DNA of 51,809 bases from Minisyncoccota bacterium (GCA_040900015.1 JBBDZS010000022.1:1-51809), one strand, 5' to 3'. Positions 8,507 to 18,211 are shown, counted from the first letter of the stretch. Numbers and translations are program-made. Notes: generated by a model from the letters alone, not told the origin.

Positions 8507-10267
8507 CTAATATACTTCCTGCTGATAGCACTTTTCGCAATAAACAATTTCCGGCCGGTCGGGTGCGTATCCGGTTTTGAATATTTCTGGACAAGGAGAA
8601 TTATTATGATTGTGTTTCGTCGTGTTTTGATATGTACCTGTTACATCAGCAGTACCGGCACACATGCACGCTCGTTCGTATAAATGTACCTTAAGCCTAT
8701 CGCTGATACGGCGCTCGTGCCGGCATTCACTGCACAATCTTGGAACCGGGAGATTTTCTTTTTTATAAAAAATTAGCTCGTTCTCAAGTACACGATAGGG
8801 ATTTTTGCAATTATCGCATTCGATGACCTCTTTCAAAATTTGATCGTTTGCATCATTTATTGAACTCGGCAATTCATCGGCTTTTTTAGTAATCACATAT
8901 TCCCCTCTTTCGATTTCTATCCAGCCATATTTCTTAGCTTCGGCTTCTTCTTTTGATATCGGAAAATGTTGGACAGCTAGAGTATTATTATAGCCAAATG
9001 GCGACAATTCCGCAGGAAAAAATTCTCCATATTTATATACTGTTCCCTTGGAATCGACATATGGCATTTCATCCATATTCTTTTTAATTTTAGCTGCAAG
9101 TTTCTCGTACTCTTCCTTAGTATACTGTCTGTTTAGAATACAATACTGTTTTTTCTTTAATCCGACGCACCCAAAACAATCCGAGGAACTAAAAAGATGC
9201 ACGGAATATTCGCAACTTCGACAAGACGGCCAGCAGTTGCGAGAAAATTTATTATTGTATGAATTCTGCCCACATTCCATTGTTTCATAATTTAACTCTG
9301 TATATCCTCCCCAGTTTGTAGTATCGTAGTTATCTTTATTGCTTGGTACCTCGAGATACTGGCAATAACGCATGTTTTCACCCTCGCGGACTAAATAACT
9401 GTCATTTACTTTTTTACAGTCAGTGACATAAGAGCCGCTTGAATTTACATTCCTTAGACCTTGATTATATTTCACAGGTTGAGTGTTCCAAAACGCTCTT
9501 GTTTTCTTGCGTGCCTCCGCTAGGCCTGAACTTGTATCCAACTGCATTTTTTTGATCTCTTTTTCATAATCCTCTTTTGTGTACTGTTTATTAAAAATAC
9601 AATAAGAAGACTTCCGCAGATTGGTACTACCGAAACAATCATTACATCCCACACATCCCCTACAAAACCATAAGTTCCTTGAGTCCATTGATCTCTGGGT
9701 AAAATAACATTGGTAGCATTTATCCAACCAGAATGAATCGTAACAACGCTCAGAATGCGATACGTGAGAATTATCTACACAGTCTTTACAGGAATTAACT
9801 CCGTTACCATACATGCAATCTTCAGAGTTGTTTGAATTGCATAAAAGATAAGAATTCTTGAGTCGTGAGGCATTAAATGAATACGGGCTATTGATCATAC
9901 CAATAACATTAAAGTTATACATAGGTACTTTCATCTCGAGCTCATGCAATTGTTCCCAAAAGGATATAGAGAAATCTATTTCCATACCATAATCCATTGC
10001 ATCCCAACTATCCCCGAGCCAAGTTTCTCGAGTAATTATATTCCTTCCACTTTCTTTGGGGTAAGTAGATAGAATTTCTTTGCTAGAAAAAGCATCTTTT
10101 ACTTTGAAAAGCTTACGTTCGTTTCGGTAAACCATTCTTCTTTGTGCACGACAAAGCGGACAAAAAGTCGGTGGAGGTACTTTTATTTTTTCGTAGAAAC
10201 TAAAATCCTCAGGATCTATAGTAAAGTCTCGCTTGCAGTTCTGGCAGTTTTTAACTTCTTGTTTCAT
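8507..10267 (-). CDS. Cysteine-rich double zinc-ribbon protein, paralog 1 (uncharacterised family)
   Basis: 586 aa with no signal peptide or TM and about 34 Cys by manual count. N-terminal NCQNCKRDFTIDPEDFSFYEKIKVPPPTFCPLCRAQRR is echoed near the C-terminus as ECDNCKNPYRVLENELIFYKKENLPVPRLCSECRHERR. There are two internal C.GC..(R/K)K.YCI.N.QYTKE.YEK modules. The protein ends RPEIVYCEKCYQQEVY. Its ATG lies 2 nt after the upstream ATPase stop. Confidence 0.85.
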   Translation of the reverse strand: MKQEVKNCQNCKRDFTIDPEDFSFYEKIKVPPPTFCPLCRAQRRMVYRNERKLFKVKDAFSSKEILSTYPKESGRNIITRETWLGDSWDAMDYGMEIDFSISFWEQLHELEMKVPMYNFNVIGMINSPYSFNASRLKNSYLLCNSNNSEDCMYGNGVNSCKDCVDNSHVSHSERCYDSFWLDKCYQCYFTQRSMDSRNLWFCRGCVGCNDCFGSTNLRKSSYCIFNKQYTKEDYEKEIKKMQLDTSSGLAEARKKTRAFWNTQPVKYNQGLRNVNSSGSYVTDCKKVNDSYLVREGENMRYCQYLEVPSNKDNYDTTNWGGYTELNYETMECGQNSYNNKFSRNCWPSCRSCEYSVHLFSSSDCFGCVGLKKKQYCILNRQYTKEEYEKLAAKIKKNMDEMPYVDSKGTVYKYGEFFPAELSPFGYNNTLAVQHFPISKEEAEAKKYGWIEIERGEYVITKKADELPSSINDANDQILKEVIECDNCKNPYRVLENELIFYKKENLPVPRLCSECRHERRISDRLKVHLYERACMCAGTADVTGTYQNTTKHNHNNSPCPEIFKTGYAPDRPEIVYCEKCYQQEVY

Positions 10268-10269
10268 TT

Positions 10270-12339
10270 CTATTCCAAAACTTTCCTGAGTACATCTTCC
10301 GGAACTTCTTTGGGCTTCTGTGGCACAGGTGTATCGGCTTGTTTGGGTGGGCGTGGTGGCGGAGTCGGCACAGGTGTTTGAAAAATGGGTGCGGGCGCTT
10401 TTTCCGGCTCAGGTGTTGATTCGACAATTTTCTCTTTGATTAATTCTTTGAGTCGATTCATATCGTCCGAACTCGCAGCGCGATCTTTTTGCGGATGAGA
10501 TATTTCTTTGGTTTTATCCTTTAAGGCTTCGAGTGATATTGGTGCTGGCACCGGGGGTAGCTCAGGCTTGATCTCATGAGATGCCACTAAAGGTGTTGCA
10601 AGTGTTTTACTTATTATGTCCTTAAGGGCTGTATTTTCTCTCGGCGGGTGTGGTTTGTATGTCGGTTTTAATTGCTGTCTTGCCTGAGGCTTAGGTGATG
10701 GCTTTATCTGAGGTTTTGTTTGGTGCTTCACCTCGGCTTGCTGACCTTCCTTAGGTGGAAATTCTATACCAAGGTCGGCTAGTGGCTTGTAATATTTGGA
10801 ATCATCATATCTGACTTCGTTCTCTGGACCCTTTTCGACTTTGACTTCGCCAGATTTTATTTTAGCAATGCATTCTTTGCAATACACTGGCCTGCCTGGC
10901 TCCGGCTTGAAGGGTACAGTACTCTCTCTTTTACAAAGCGAACAAATTGTCTCAAATTTCTCAAAACTACCTCCCCCCGCACCGCTACTTTGTCCACGAT
11001 GTTCAGTATAATCTCCAGCAGATCCGAGTGACATTCCGCTCCAGCTATTTATTTCATTTTCGACCACTTCTTTGGACTTGCAATAAAGTTCGCGAGAGGA
11101 ATTGATGACCTGTTCCTCGATTTCCTTGTTTCCAGATTGCACCATAGGCGGTAAAGTCTTCGCAGAGAATGGTCGTGAAGTCACCCCGTCTATCATCAGC
11201 TTCAGATAGATTTTGTAATTCGGCAAGTTCACAATATCTTGCGGAGTAAATTCTGGATCGAATTCTTTTTCTAAAAAATCCGCATCATCGGAGCCCACGC
11301 GAAAAACTATCATCGTACCGACATTGCCGAATACAGCATCGCGCACGGCCGAGCTTTTATCAGAAATCAACTGTGCAGTGTATTGGTGCGCCACGGTCAA
11401 ATTCAGACGGTATTTACGGGCCTCGGAGAGTATGCCTGCGAAGGCGTCTGTTACGAAGTTTTGGAATTCGTCCACATATAGATAGAAATCCTTACGGCTA
11501 TCCTCTGGAATTCGCACCCTCTCCATAGCGGCGAGCTGAATCTTGGTAATTATCATACCTCCTAGGAGTGAGGAGTTATCCTCACCGATACGCCCCTTGG
11601 AAACATTTACCAGGAATATTTTGCCCTGGTTCATAATATCAAAAATATTAATCGTGCTCTTAGACTGGCCGACGACATTGCGGATAATCGAAGTAGAAAG
11701 AAACTGACCGACTTTGTTTTGGATCGGAGCAATGGCCTCGTTTCTAAATTTGTCCTGCCAGGCCTCGTACTCGTGCACCCAAAATGCCTTGATGACCGGG
11801 TCCTTGAGATTTGAAATTATCTTCTGACGATAATCCTTGTCCACGAGCATCCTGGGAATACCGAGAAGTGTGGTGCCTGGGGTATCGAGAAGCGCCAGAA
11901 TAGCATTGTTGAGAATATATTCCATTCGGGCAGACCAGGCGTTTGCCCATATCTTGGTGAAAATACCCATCAATCCCGAAGCGACGAGGTGCTTATATTG
12001 TGGGTCTACTAGCTCGAGCACATTAAAACCGATATGATAGTCGGTGTCCGCCGGGTTAAAATATACAACATCCTTTAGTCGGTGCGGTGGGATGGCCGAG
12101 AGCACTCCCTCGACGAGCTCTCCGTGTGGGTCCACTACGCAAACGCCTTCGCCGTTTAAAATATTCTGAATAACCATATTGAACATTAGCACGGATTTAC
12201 CAGTGCCGGACTTTCCGAGTAGGTATACATGCTGACGGCGATCTTTGCGCTTGATTCCGAAGAGAGTATTCTTGTCGCGATATGTGGTAAGGCCCAGATA
12301 TGTCAGGTCTTTATTTAATGGTATTTCCGGCGTGTCCAT
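10270..12339 (-). CDS. TraD/VirD4-like P-loop ATPase paralog 2 with C-terminal zinc ribbon and Pro/Lys-rich tail
   Basis: Walker A LLGKSGTGKS, DFYLYVDEFQN, SEARKYRLNLTVAHQY. Downstream come CSLCKRESTVPFKPEPGRPVYCKEC and a low-complexity KPQIKPSPKPQ..PVPTPPPRPPKQ tail. Start set to the ATG at 12337-12339 (MDTPEIPLNKD). Confidence 0.7.
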   Translation of the reverse strand: MDTPEIPLNKDLTYLGLTTYRDKNTLFGIKRKDRRQHVYLLGKSGTGKSVLMFNMVIQNILNGEGVCVVDPHGELVEGVLSAIPPHRLKDVVYFNPADTDYHIGFNVLELVDPQYKHLVASGLMGIFTKIWANAWSARMEYILNNAILALLDTPGTTLLGIPRMLVDKDYRQKIISNLKDPVIKAFWVHEYEAWQDKFRNEAIAPIQNKVGQFLSTSIIRNVVGQSKSTINIFDIMNQGKIFLVNVSKGRIGEDNSSLLGGMIITKIQLAAMERVRIPEDSRKDFYLYVDEFQNFVTDAFAGILSEARKYRLNLTVAHQYTAQLISDKSSAVRDAVFGNVGTMIVFRVGSDDADFLEKEFDPEFTPQDIVNLPNYKIYLKLMIDGVTSRPFSAKTLPPMVQSGNKEIEEQVINSSRELYCKSKEVVENEINSWSGMSLGSAGDYTEHRGQSSGAGGGSFEKFETICSLCKRESTVPFKPEPGRPVYCKECIAKIKSGEVKVEKGPENEVRYDDSKYYKPLADLGIEFPPKEGQQAEVKHQTKPQIKPSPKPQARQQLKPTYKPHPPRENTALKDIISKTLATPLVASHEIKPELPPVPAPISLEALKDKTKEISHPQKDRAASSDDMNRLKELIKEKIVESTPEPEKAPAPIFQTPVPTPPPRPPKQADTPVPQKPKEVPEDVLRKVLE

Positions 12340-12347
12340 ATGGAATA

Positions 12348-12356
12348 AGTATAACA
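12348..12356 (-). promoter_or_regulatory. Candidate extended -10 promoter (TGtTATACT) for the ATPase2 operon
   Basis: The minus strand reads ..CTGTTATACTTATTCCATATG. The -10 ends 8 nt before the ATG, implying a leaderless or near-leaderless mRNA. No good -35. Confidence 0.35.
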
Positions 12357-12370
12357 GTAAATAAACAAAC

Positions 12371-12405
12371 AAAAAAGCCCAAGGCGGTCGCCGAGAGGCT
12401 TTTTT
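12371..12405 (-). terminator. Candidate intrinsic terminator downstream of the small TM ORF
   Basis: A6 run, GC-rich imperfect hairpin (gcccaaggcggtcgccgagaggc), T6 run. The stem pairing is imperfect. Confidence 0.4.
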
Positions 12406-12421
12406 GTTTGTTTAGCAAAAT

Positions 12422-12607
12422 CTATTCCAGAGTGCTCTCTTCCGATGTGCCATCAGGAAGGCTTAAGTCTACATTGATATCAGACGCATCATCAGGGACG
12501 CCACCACGAGTAGCGAACCACCATACGCCAAAACCAACAAGAAGGACAAGTACAATAACAATCAACATTGTATTTGTACCTGAAGAATCATTGTGGGTAG
12601 GTTCCAT
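12422..12607 (-). CDS. Small single-pass membrane protein (hypothetical)
   Basis: 61 aa with a central hydrophobic helix MLIVIVLVLLVGFGVWWFA and an acidic C-terminus. It occupies an otherwise empty gap. Confidence 0.35.
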   Translation of the reverse strand: MEPTHNDSSGTNTMLIVIVLVLLVGFGVWWFATRGGVPDDASDINVDLSLPDGTSEESTLE

Positions 12608-12693
12608 ATTATGTATTCAAAAAATTACTAATAATATCGGCCACGGCATTATTATACCATTTGCAAGAACGCGAGGGCAACCAACTTTTCCAC

Positions 12694-13239
12694 TTATGGC
12701 TGAAACAGGTCTGCTGGAGAAATGCGCACGGAGGTTACAGTTGGAAACTGTTTGGCTGTAGCTTCAATCTGAAGAAGAAGAATGCCCACGCGACAAGACC
12801 CACCACCGGTCTTATTATTAGGATCGTTGAATGTAAGAGTCGCCACACCATTTGATATTGTGGCATTCTCGAGCGTTACTCCTTCAAGAGGAAATTCAGT
12901 TTCTATGCCTTCCGCTCTTTCTGCTTGCGTTAGCTCTCCTCTCAACAAAAGCTTGATTGATTCCGCAAGTGGTGTAGTAGTGTCTGGAAGCACACGGTCT
13001 ACAGCTACCAACCCTTTACTACTGCAGAGTATCCCTCCTTGACCTTGATCCAAGTCTGGATTGTAATAATAAAGCTTAATAGGAATCGTAACTACATCTT
13101 CCTCTTCCTCTTCCTCTTCGTTTACATCTTCGATAACGGGATCATTTATGACCCGATTATCATCATCATTCCTCATCGCATAATATCCCAACCCGAACAA
13201 AATTATTAATATTAAAACAACCAATAATATTTTTTTCAT
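12694..13239 (-). CDS. GerMN-domain secreted/membrane-anchored protein
   Basis: N-terminal signal/anchor MKKILLVVLILIILFGL, acidic linker, then a GerMN-like core (IKLYYYNP..., LLRGELTQAE, ATLTFND). Confidence 0.55.
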   Translation of the reverse strand: MKKILLVVLILIILFGLGYYAMRNDDDNRVINDPVIEDVNEEEEEEEDVVTIPIKLYYYNPDLDQGQGGILCSSKGLVAVDRVLPDTTTPLAESIKLLLRGELTQAERAEGIETEFPLEGVTLENATISNGVATLTFNDPNNKTGGGSCRVGILLLQIEATAKQFPTVTSVRISPADLFQP

Positions 13240-13259
13240 ACATATATTATACCATAGTT

Positions 13260-13772
13260 TTAGCCCTTCCGCACCTTAGTCATAGTGACCTCGTTTCCTT
13301 CTTTATTGTGAACAGCAGAATCAAAATAATTTTCCATTATCAATATGCCCCTTCCCTTTTCCTTGAATAAGCCTTCTTCACTTGTAGGGTCAGGAACTTC
13401 CTCTCTCTTAAAACCATTTCCTTCGTCTCGGATATGGATAACTACTTTATCTTTTGATATCTCGATTGTCACATACACATGCTTTGAGTTTCTTTTTTCT
13501 GGATGCTTCGATATTTCTATCCTAGCCATCTGACACAGATCTCCACCTTCAGGCTTAGTCAATCCTAAATTACCATGAGCAATGGCATTGATCAGGGCCT
13601 CACGAAACCCAAGCTGTATATCGTATATCTCTTCCTCGCTCCACCCAACCATCTGCAATCTTTCTTCTAGTGCCGTAGCCGCCGATTCAAGTAAATCTAT
13701 ATCCGTCGGCAAAGCCCATAGGTCCTCCTTGAATTCGAAATTCGGCTTGTTAGCGTCTAATCCTTCATACAT
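13260..13772 (-). CDS. RsbW/SpoIIAB-like anti-sigma factor serine kinase (HATPase_c family)
   Basis: N box EALINAIAHGN and G1 box IRDEGNGF. Size of 170 aa fits. Confidence 0.6.
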   Translation of the reverse strand: MYEGLDANKPNFEFKEDLWALPTDIDLLESAATALEERLQMVGWSEEEIYDIQLGFREALINAIAHGNLGLTKPEGGDLCQMARIEISKHPEKRNSKHVYVTIEISKDKVVIHIRDEGNGFKREEVPDPTSEEGLFKEKGRGILIMENYFDSAVHNKEGNEVTMTKVRKG

Positions 13773-13811
13773 AAATAGACTATATCTTAATTTACTAGCT
13801 TTGCAAACAAT

Positions 13812-13831
13812 AAAGCCCCGACCGGGGCTTT
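13812..13831 (-). terminator. Intrinsic terminator after dnaK
   Basis: 8-bp stem aaagcccc / ggggcttt with loop gacc, located 10 nt past the dnaK stop and followed on the minus strand by ATTGTTTG. Confidence 0.6.
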
Positions 13832-13840
13832 ATTTGAAGA

Positions 13841-15781
13841 TTACTGTGTTTTTGGTTCCTCGCCTTCCGGGCCTTTAGGTTTTTCCTTGAATTCGGCATC
13901 CCGAGCAGGTCCTGAGCCTGTTGAAGGATTGACCTCGGCTGGCTGTTCTTCTGGAGTGCCAGCTGGTGGGGTTTCAGCTCCGAACTTGGCCATAGCCTCG
14001 CCAATCTTGGACATCTCAGCGGAGAGTTCTTCGGTCGCCTTCTTTATAGCATCCGTGTCAGTGCCGTCCTTTGCCCCTCGAAGTGCAGTGATCTTGGCAT
14101 TCACACCCTCTTTGAGCGCAGCGTCGAGTTTGGCATCGTTGTCCTTGAGCGCCTTCTCGGCAGTATACAAGGTCATCTCGGCAGTGTTCTTCAGATCAGC
14201 AATGTCTTTCTTCTTCTTATCCTCTTCCGCATGAGCTTCGGCATCTGCTTGCATCTTTTTTATGTCTTCTTCCTTGAGGCCGGAGCTGGCTTCGATCCGT
14301 ATGGACTGGGTCTTGCCGGAAGCCTTATCCTTGGCGGTGACATTTAAGATGCCGTTTGCGTCCACATCGAAAGTCACTTCGACCTGAGGCATGCCACGCG
14401 GTGCTGGAGGTACTCCGTCTAGTATAAACCTGCCGAGGGACTTATTATCGCTTGCCATAGGGCGCTCACCTTGGACGATGTGGATCTCCACGGAGGTCTG
14501 ATTGTCGGCTGCGGTCGAAAACACCTGCGACTTCGAGGACGGAATAGTGGTATTCCTTTCCACAAGCTTGGTGGCTACTCCTCCGAGAGTCTCGATGCCG
14601 AGAGACAGCGGTATGACATCGAGCAAAAGCACGTCACGTACATCTCCCTGGAGCACTCCGGCTTGCACTGCAGCACCGAGAGCCACGACTTCATCAGGAT
14701 TGATGGATAGGTTCGGAGTCTTGCCGAACACCTTCTTCACTTCTTCTACTATCTTCGGCATTCTAGTCTGACCTCCGACCATTATAATCTCATGCATATC
14801 CTCAATCTTAAATCCGGAAGCAGCCATTGCACGTTTAGTAATCTCAATCGAACGAGTAATATACTCATCAGCAATAGCTTCCAACTGGGCTCGCGTCATC
14901 TTGAGAAGAAGATGTTGAGGACCTTCGTCAGTAGAAGTGATAAACGGAATATTTATTTCTGTTTCGATCGCAGTCGAAAGTTCGATCTTGGCTTTTTCAG
15001 CTGCTTCGTCGAGGCGCTGTAGCGCCAATTTGTCTTTGCGCACATCCACGCCGGATGTTTTTTTGTATTCTTCGGCAATCCAACCAATGATCTTGTGGTC
15101 AATATCTCGACCTCCTAGATGACTGTCGCCATCGGTGGACTTAACTTCGATCACATCATCGCCAATTTCGAGCACGGACACATCGAATGTACCACCTCCG
15201 AAGTCATATACCACCACTTTTTCATTTTTCTTTTTATTAAATCCGTATGCGAGCGCAGCGGCCGTCGGCTCGTTGATAATTCTTTTTACATCGAGTCCCG
15301 CAATCAATCCTGCGTCCTTGGTGGCTTTTCTTTGTGCGTCATTAAAGTATGCAGGCACAGTGATGACGGCCTCGGTAACTTTTTCCCCGAGCTTCGCTTC
15401 CACATCAGCCTTTATCTTACCTAATATCATCGCGGATACTTCCTCTGGGCGCATCCATTTGTCGCCGATTTTTACTTCCACTCCACCAGTCGCGCCTTTT
15501 TGAATTTTGAATGATGCATTCTTAAGATCCTTCTGCACTTCCGGGTCATCGAAGTTGTGGCCCATAAAACGCTTAATACCGTACACAGTATTTTCCGGAT
15601 TAGTTACTGCTTGTCTCTTTGCGAGCAAGCCCACCAACCTGTCTCCGTTTTTTGCAACCGAAACAATAGATGGAGTTGTTCGTGCTCCCTCTGCATTTTC
15701 TACTATTTTCGGAGTACCCCCTTCGATAATGGCTACTGCCGAATTTGTCGTACCCAAGTCTATTCCTATGATTTTTGACAT
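13841..15781 (-). CDS. dnaK: Molecular chaperone DnaK (Hsp70)
   Basis: [18 protein letters not shown] and VGGQTRMP signatures, with a full substrate-binding domain and lid. Confidence 0.97.
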   Translation of the reverse strand: MSKIIGIDLGTTNSAVAIIEGGTPKIVENAEGARTTPSIVSVAKNGDRLVGLLAKRQAVTNPENTVYGIKRFMGHNFDDPEVQKDLKNASFKIQKGATGGVEVKIGDKWMRPEEVSAMILGKIKADVEAKLGEKVTEAVITVPAYFNDAQRKATKDAGLIAGLDVKRIINEPTAAALAYGFNKKKNEKVVVYDFGGGTFDVSVLEIGDDVIEVKSTDGDSHLGGRDIDHKIIGWIAEEYKKTSGVDVRKDKLALQRLDEAAEKAKIELSTAIETEINIPFITSTDEGPQHLLLKMTRAQLEAIADEYITRSIEITKRAMAASGFKIEDMHEIIMVGGQTRMPKIVEEVKKVFGKTPNLSINPDEVVALGAAVQAGVLQGDVRDVLLLDVIPLSLGIETLGGVATKLVERNTTIPSSKSQVFSTAADNQTSVEIHIVQGERPMASDNKSLGRFILDGVPPAPRGMPQVEVTFDVDANGILNVTAKDKASGKTQSIRIEASSGLKEEDIKKMQADAEAHAEEDKKKKDIADLKNTAEMTLYTAEKALKDNDAKLDAALKEGVNAKITALRGAKDGTDTDAIKKATEELSAEMSKIGEAMAKFGAETPPAGTPEEQPAEVNPSTGSGPARDAEFKEKPKGPEGEEPKTQ

Positions 15782-15843
15782 AATATTATTTGATTAAACT
15801 TATAATTTTGTTGTTTATATTATTTTATACCAAAACCTAATCT

Positions 15844-15879
15844 TTAGCAAGTATTTCGTGACCACAAAATACTTGTCAA
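15844..15879. promoter_or_regulatory. Imperfect 13-bp inverted repeat (operator candidate) between dnaK and the PaaX-like gene
   Basis: TTAGCAAGTATTT (15844-15856), 10-nt spacer, AAATACTTGTCAA (15867-15879); 11 of 13 positions are complementary. On the dnaK strand the right arm contains a TTGACA hexamer. Confidence 0.5.
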
Positions 15880-15907
15880 AAGATAATATATATTATAAAA
15901 TGTACCT

Positions 15908-16453
15908 ATGTCAAGTAAAGATAAGGAAAACAACCAGTATTCTCGAAAAATCCTTAGAATATTGGGCCAAAAGTCGGCCGTATCGCTTGAAGATATAACC
16001 GATAAGGTAAGCGTCCACAAAGGGAAAAAGGACCCTAAATACGCGATTACACGCTCTTTAAAAGGCCTTCGTGAGGCCGGATTAATAGAGTGCATTTCCT
16101 CCCCACACAACGAATACGCCCGCCTGACAAAGGAAGGTAAAAAGAAGGTCCACAGCCTAGAGCTAGAAAGCGATACCAGCTTGGTCAACACCTCCTGGGA
16201 TGGACAATGGAGAATCATCCTGCTTGACCTGCCGGAGAGTCGCAAGGCCGAGCGCGAGAGCCTGCGCTACCTTCTAAAAAAGGCCGGTTTCGTGTGTCTG
16301 AAGAATTCTGCCTGGATCTCCCCTTTCCCCTTCGAGCACCTGTTCACAAATATCAAAAAAGACCTGGGTCTGACTACCGAAATGATGATCATAACCACAT
16401 CAAATATCGACGAGGAAACTAAAAAAATCCTATTCGAAACTTTCGGGAAGTAG
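15908..16453 (+). CDS. PaaX-like transcriptional regulator (winged helix plus Cas2-like middle domain)
   Basis: N-terminal wHTH (ILRILGQKSAVSLEDITDKV). Then the PaaX-type signature WDGQWRIILLDLPESRKAERESLRYLLKKAGFVCLKNSAWISPFP. Confidence 0.55.
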   Translation: MSSKDKENNQYSRKILRILGQKSAVSLEDITDKVSVHKGKKDPKYAITRSLKGLREAGLIECISSPHNEYARLTKEGKKKVHSLELESDTSLVNTSWDGQWRIILLDLPESRKAERESLRYLLKKAGFVCLKNSAWISPFPFEHLFTNIKKDLGLTTEMMIITTSNIDEETKKILFETFGK

Positions 16454-18211
16454 TTAATATACTTCTTTGTTGTAATGTTCGGCACAAACTACTTTTTTCG
16501 GCCCACCTTCGTTTTCCGGTAAATATGTAGTATCAATTTCTTTATCTCCGAAATAACACATTCTCTTTCTGAGAACCATTGGGTTTCTTAATTTTAATCT
16601 TTCATTATGCCGCTCGTCGGGATGAATAGATGGTAGTGGTAAATTAAATCTTCGATAGAAATTCAACTCTTGTTCAAGAATTTTAAAGGGTCTCCCCGTA
16701 ATTTCACATTCTATAACTTCATTCATGATATTGTCCCCTACTTCTGTTATAGTCTCAGGTAAATCTTTCCCATTTATCGTGGTTTGATAAGAGCCTAAAG
16801 TATATTCACGCCAAGAAAAACCTTTATCTTTTACAGAATCCCGACTAAGAGGAAAATAATCTTGAGCTACAGTTTCGTTATATGAAAAAGGCGAAATCTC
16901 TGGTGGAAAAAACTCTCCAAAAGCATAAGATTTACCGTTTTTATCTATATATGGCATATTTTTCATCTGTTCTATGATCTGTGGCACTAGGTTTTCATAC
17001 TCTTTTTTTGTATATTGCTTATTCAAAATACAATATTGTTTTTTATCTATACCTACACACCCAAAGCAATTATGAGAATTGGTTACCATATAACCATATA
17101 AAATTTCGTGAGAATACCATACAGTAGCTCCAAAAAATACCCTATTATCTTGAACTCCTACTCCGACACTTTCATAAGTTAATTCAGAATTATCACCACA
17201 GCCAGGCCCCACATCATACGAATCTCTTAAACCTTTTCCTCCCCAGTTAGCATATTTAGTATTTTCAATTACGTCTTTAACATCAAAAATCTGATAGCAA
17301 TTCCTAGCATCTGACACATGATCTCCTACTACATTATCTGTATTAGTAAGTTTTAAATGTTTATGGATCGCACTTTGCCATAATTCTCGAAATTTCTTTT
17401 TAGCATTTACAATACCTGAGCGAGTATTTAGAGCAAGTTCATTTTTCTTTTTTAGATATTCTTCTCTGGAATATTGTATATTCTCTATACAATAACTTTT
17501 ATTACGTAAATTGGTACTTAATATACAATCCGAGCAATTTCGACAATCATATAAAAAATATGAATCAAGACAATTTTCACTTTCTCTGGAGAAAAAAAGC
17601 TTACTGGAATCGTTACAATAAACATTTTCATAGCTAAATTCAGTATTAAAAGTAATATATGAGTCCAGAGTAAATTTACCCCCTGCCATTCGATTACAGA
17701 ACATACAATCTTCGCTAGCCCAAGCCCCACTTACTAAATAACAATTTTTCTGTTCAACTGTGTAATTACAAAATCTTGCATTTACGGATTTAGAATCAAA
17801 AAGAGCAACATGAGGAATTCTTTCCAATAACTCCTTAAACTGCTGAAAAAAAGGCTTATTGAAGTCATAATCCATTCCGAAATCGCATGGATCCCATTTA
17901 TCGCTCCACCAATATTCTCGATCGTATGTAGTAAATTTAGAATCCGGGTGATAAATAGAAATATGTTCACCGGTAGAACCAGGGGTACTATTTGGACGTC
18001 GAAACAAAGAATGTTCATTACGCCACAACAGACGACGAATGAGACGACACTCTGGACACCAAGTCGGCGACGGAACTTTTATTTTTTCGTAAAAAGAAAA
18101 ATCTTCTTTTTCTATAACGAAATCCCCTTTGCAGTTTTGGCAAGCTTGCACTGAACCCTTCGGTAGTGAGCTCAGGGCCGAACTGCTTGTTGAATGTGTT
18201 CTTATTTCCAT
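16454..18211 (-). CDS. Cysteine-rich double zinc-ribbon protein, paralog 2
   Basis: 585 aa. Motifs CQNCKGDFVIEKEDFSFYEKIKVPSPTWCPECRLIRR, YWWSDKWDPCDFGMDYDF, CRNCSDCILSTNLRNKSYCIENIQYSREEY and CFGCVGIDKKQYCILNKQYTKKEYE. The C-terminal ribbon is degenerate (ITGRPFKILEQELNFYRRFNLPLP, ending VVCAEHYNKEVY). Confidence 0.85.
   Translation of the reverse strand: MEIRTHSTSSSALSSLPKGSVQACQNCKGDFVIEKEDFSFYEKIKVPSPTWCPECRLIRRLLWRNEHSLFRRPNSTPGSTGEHISIYHPDSKFTTYDREYWWSDKWDPCDFGMDYDFNKPFFQQFKELLERIPHVALFDSKSVNARFCNYTVEQKNCYLVSGAWASEDCMFCNRMAGGKFTLDSYITFNTEFSYENVYCNDSSKLFFSRESENCLDSYFLYDCRNCSDCILSTNLRNKSYCIENIQYSREEYLKKKNELALNTRSGIVNAKKKFRELWQSAIHKHLKLTNTDNVVGDHVSDARNCYQIFDVKDVIENTKYANWGGKGLRDSYDVGPGCGDNSELTYESVGVGVQDNRVFFGATVWYSHEILYGYMVTNSHNCFGCVGIDKKQYCILNKQYTKKEYENLVPQIIEQMKNMPYIDKNGKSYAFGEFFPPEISPFSYNETVAQDYFPLSRDSVKDKGFSWREYTLGSYQTTINGKDLPETITEVGDNIMNEVIECEITGRPFKILEQELNFYRRFNLPLPSIHPDERHNERLKLRNPMVLRKRMCYFGDKEIDTTYLPENEGGPKKVVCAEHYNKEVY

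Noticed and set aside
12300-12761. 153-aa plus-strand ORF spanning the ATPase-2 start, the terminator and the small TM ORF
   Set aside because: It crosses a terminator-like hairpin and overlaps better-supported minus-strand features. It has no motif support.
15782-15907. Canonical CIRCE (TTAGCACTC-N9-GAGTGCTAA) upstream of dnaK
   Set aside because: Only the TTAGCA start resembles CIRCE. The arm sequence and the spacing (13-bp arms, 10-nt spacer) differ, so it is reported as a distinct operator candidate.
15844-16245. 133-aa minus-strand ORF opposite the PaaX-like gene
   Set aside because: The plus-strand frame carries the wHTH and the WDGQWRI..PE signature. The minus-strand product has no recognisable features.
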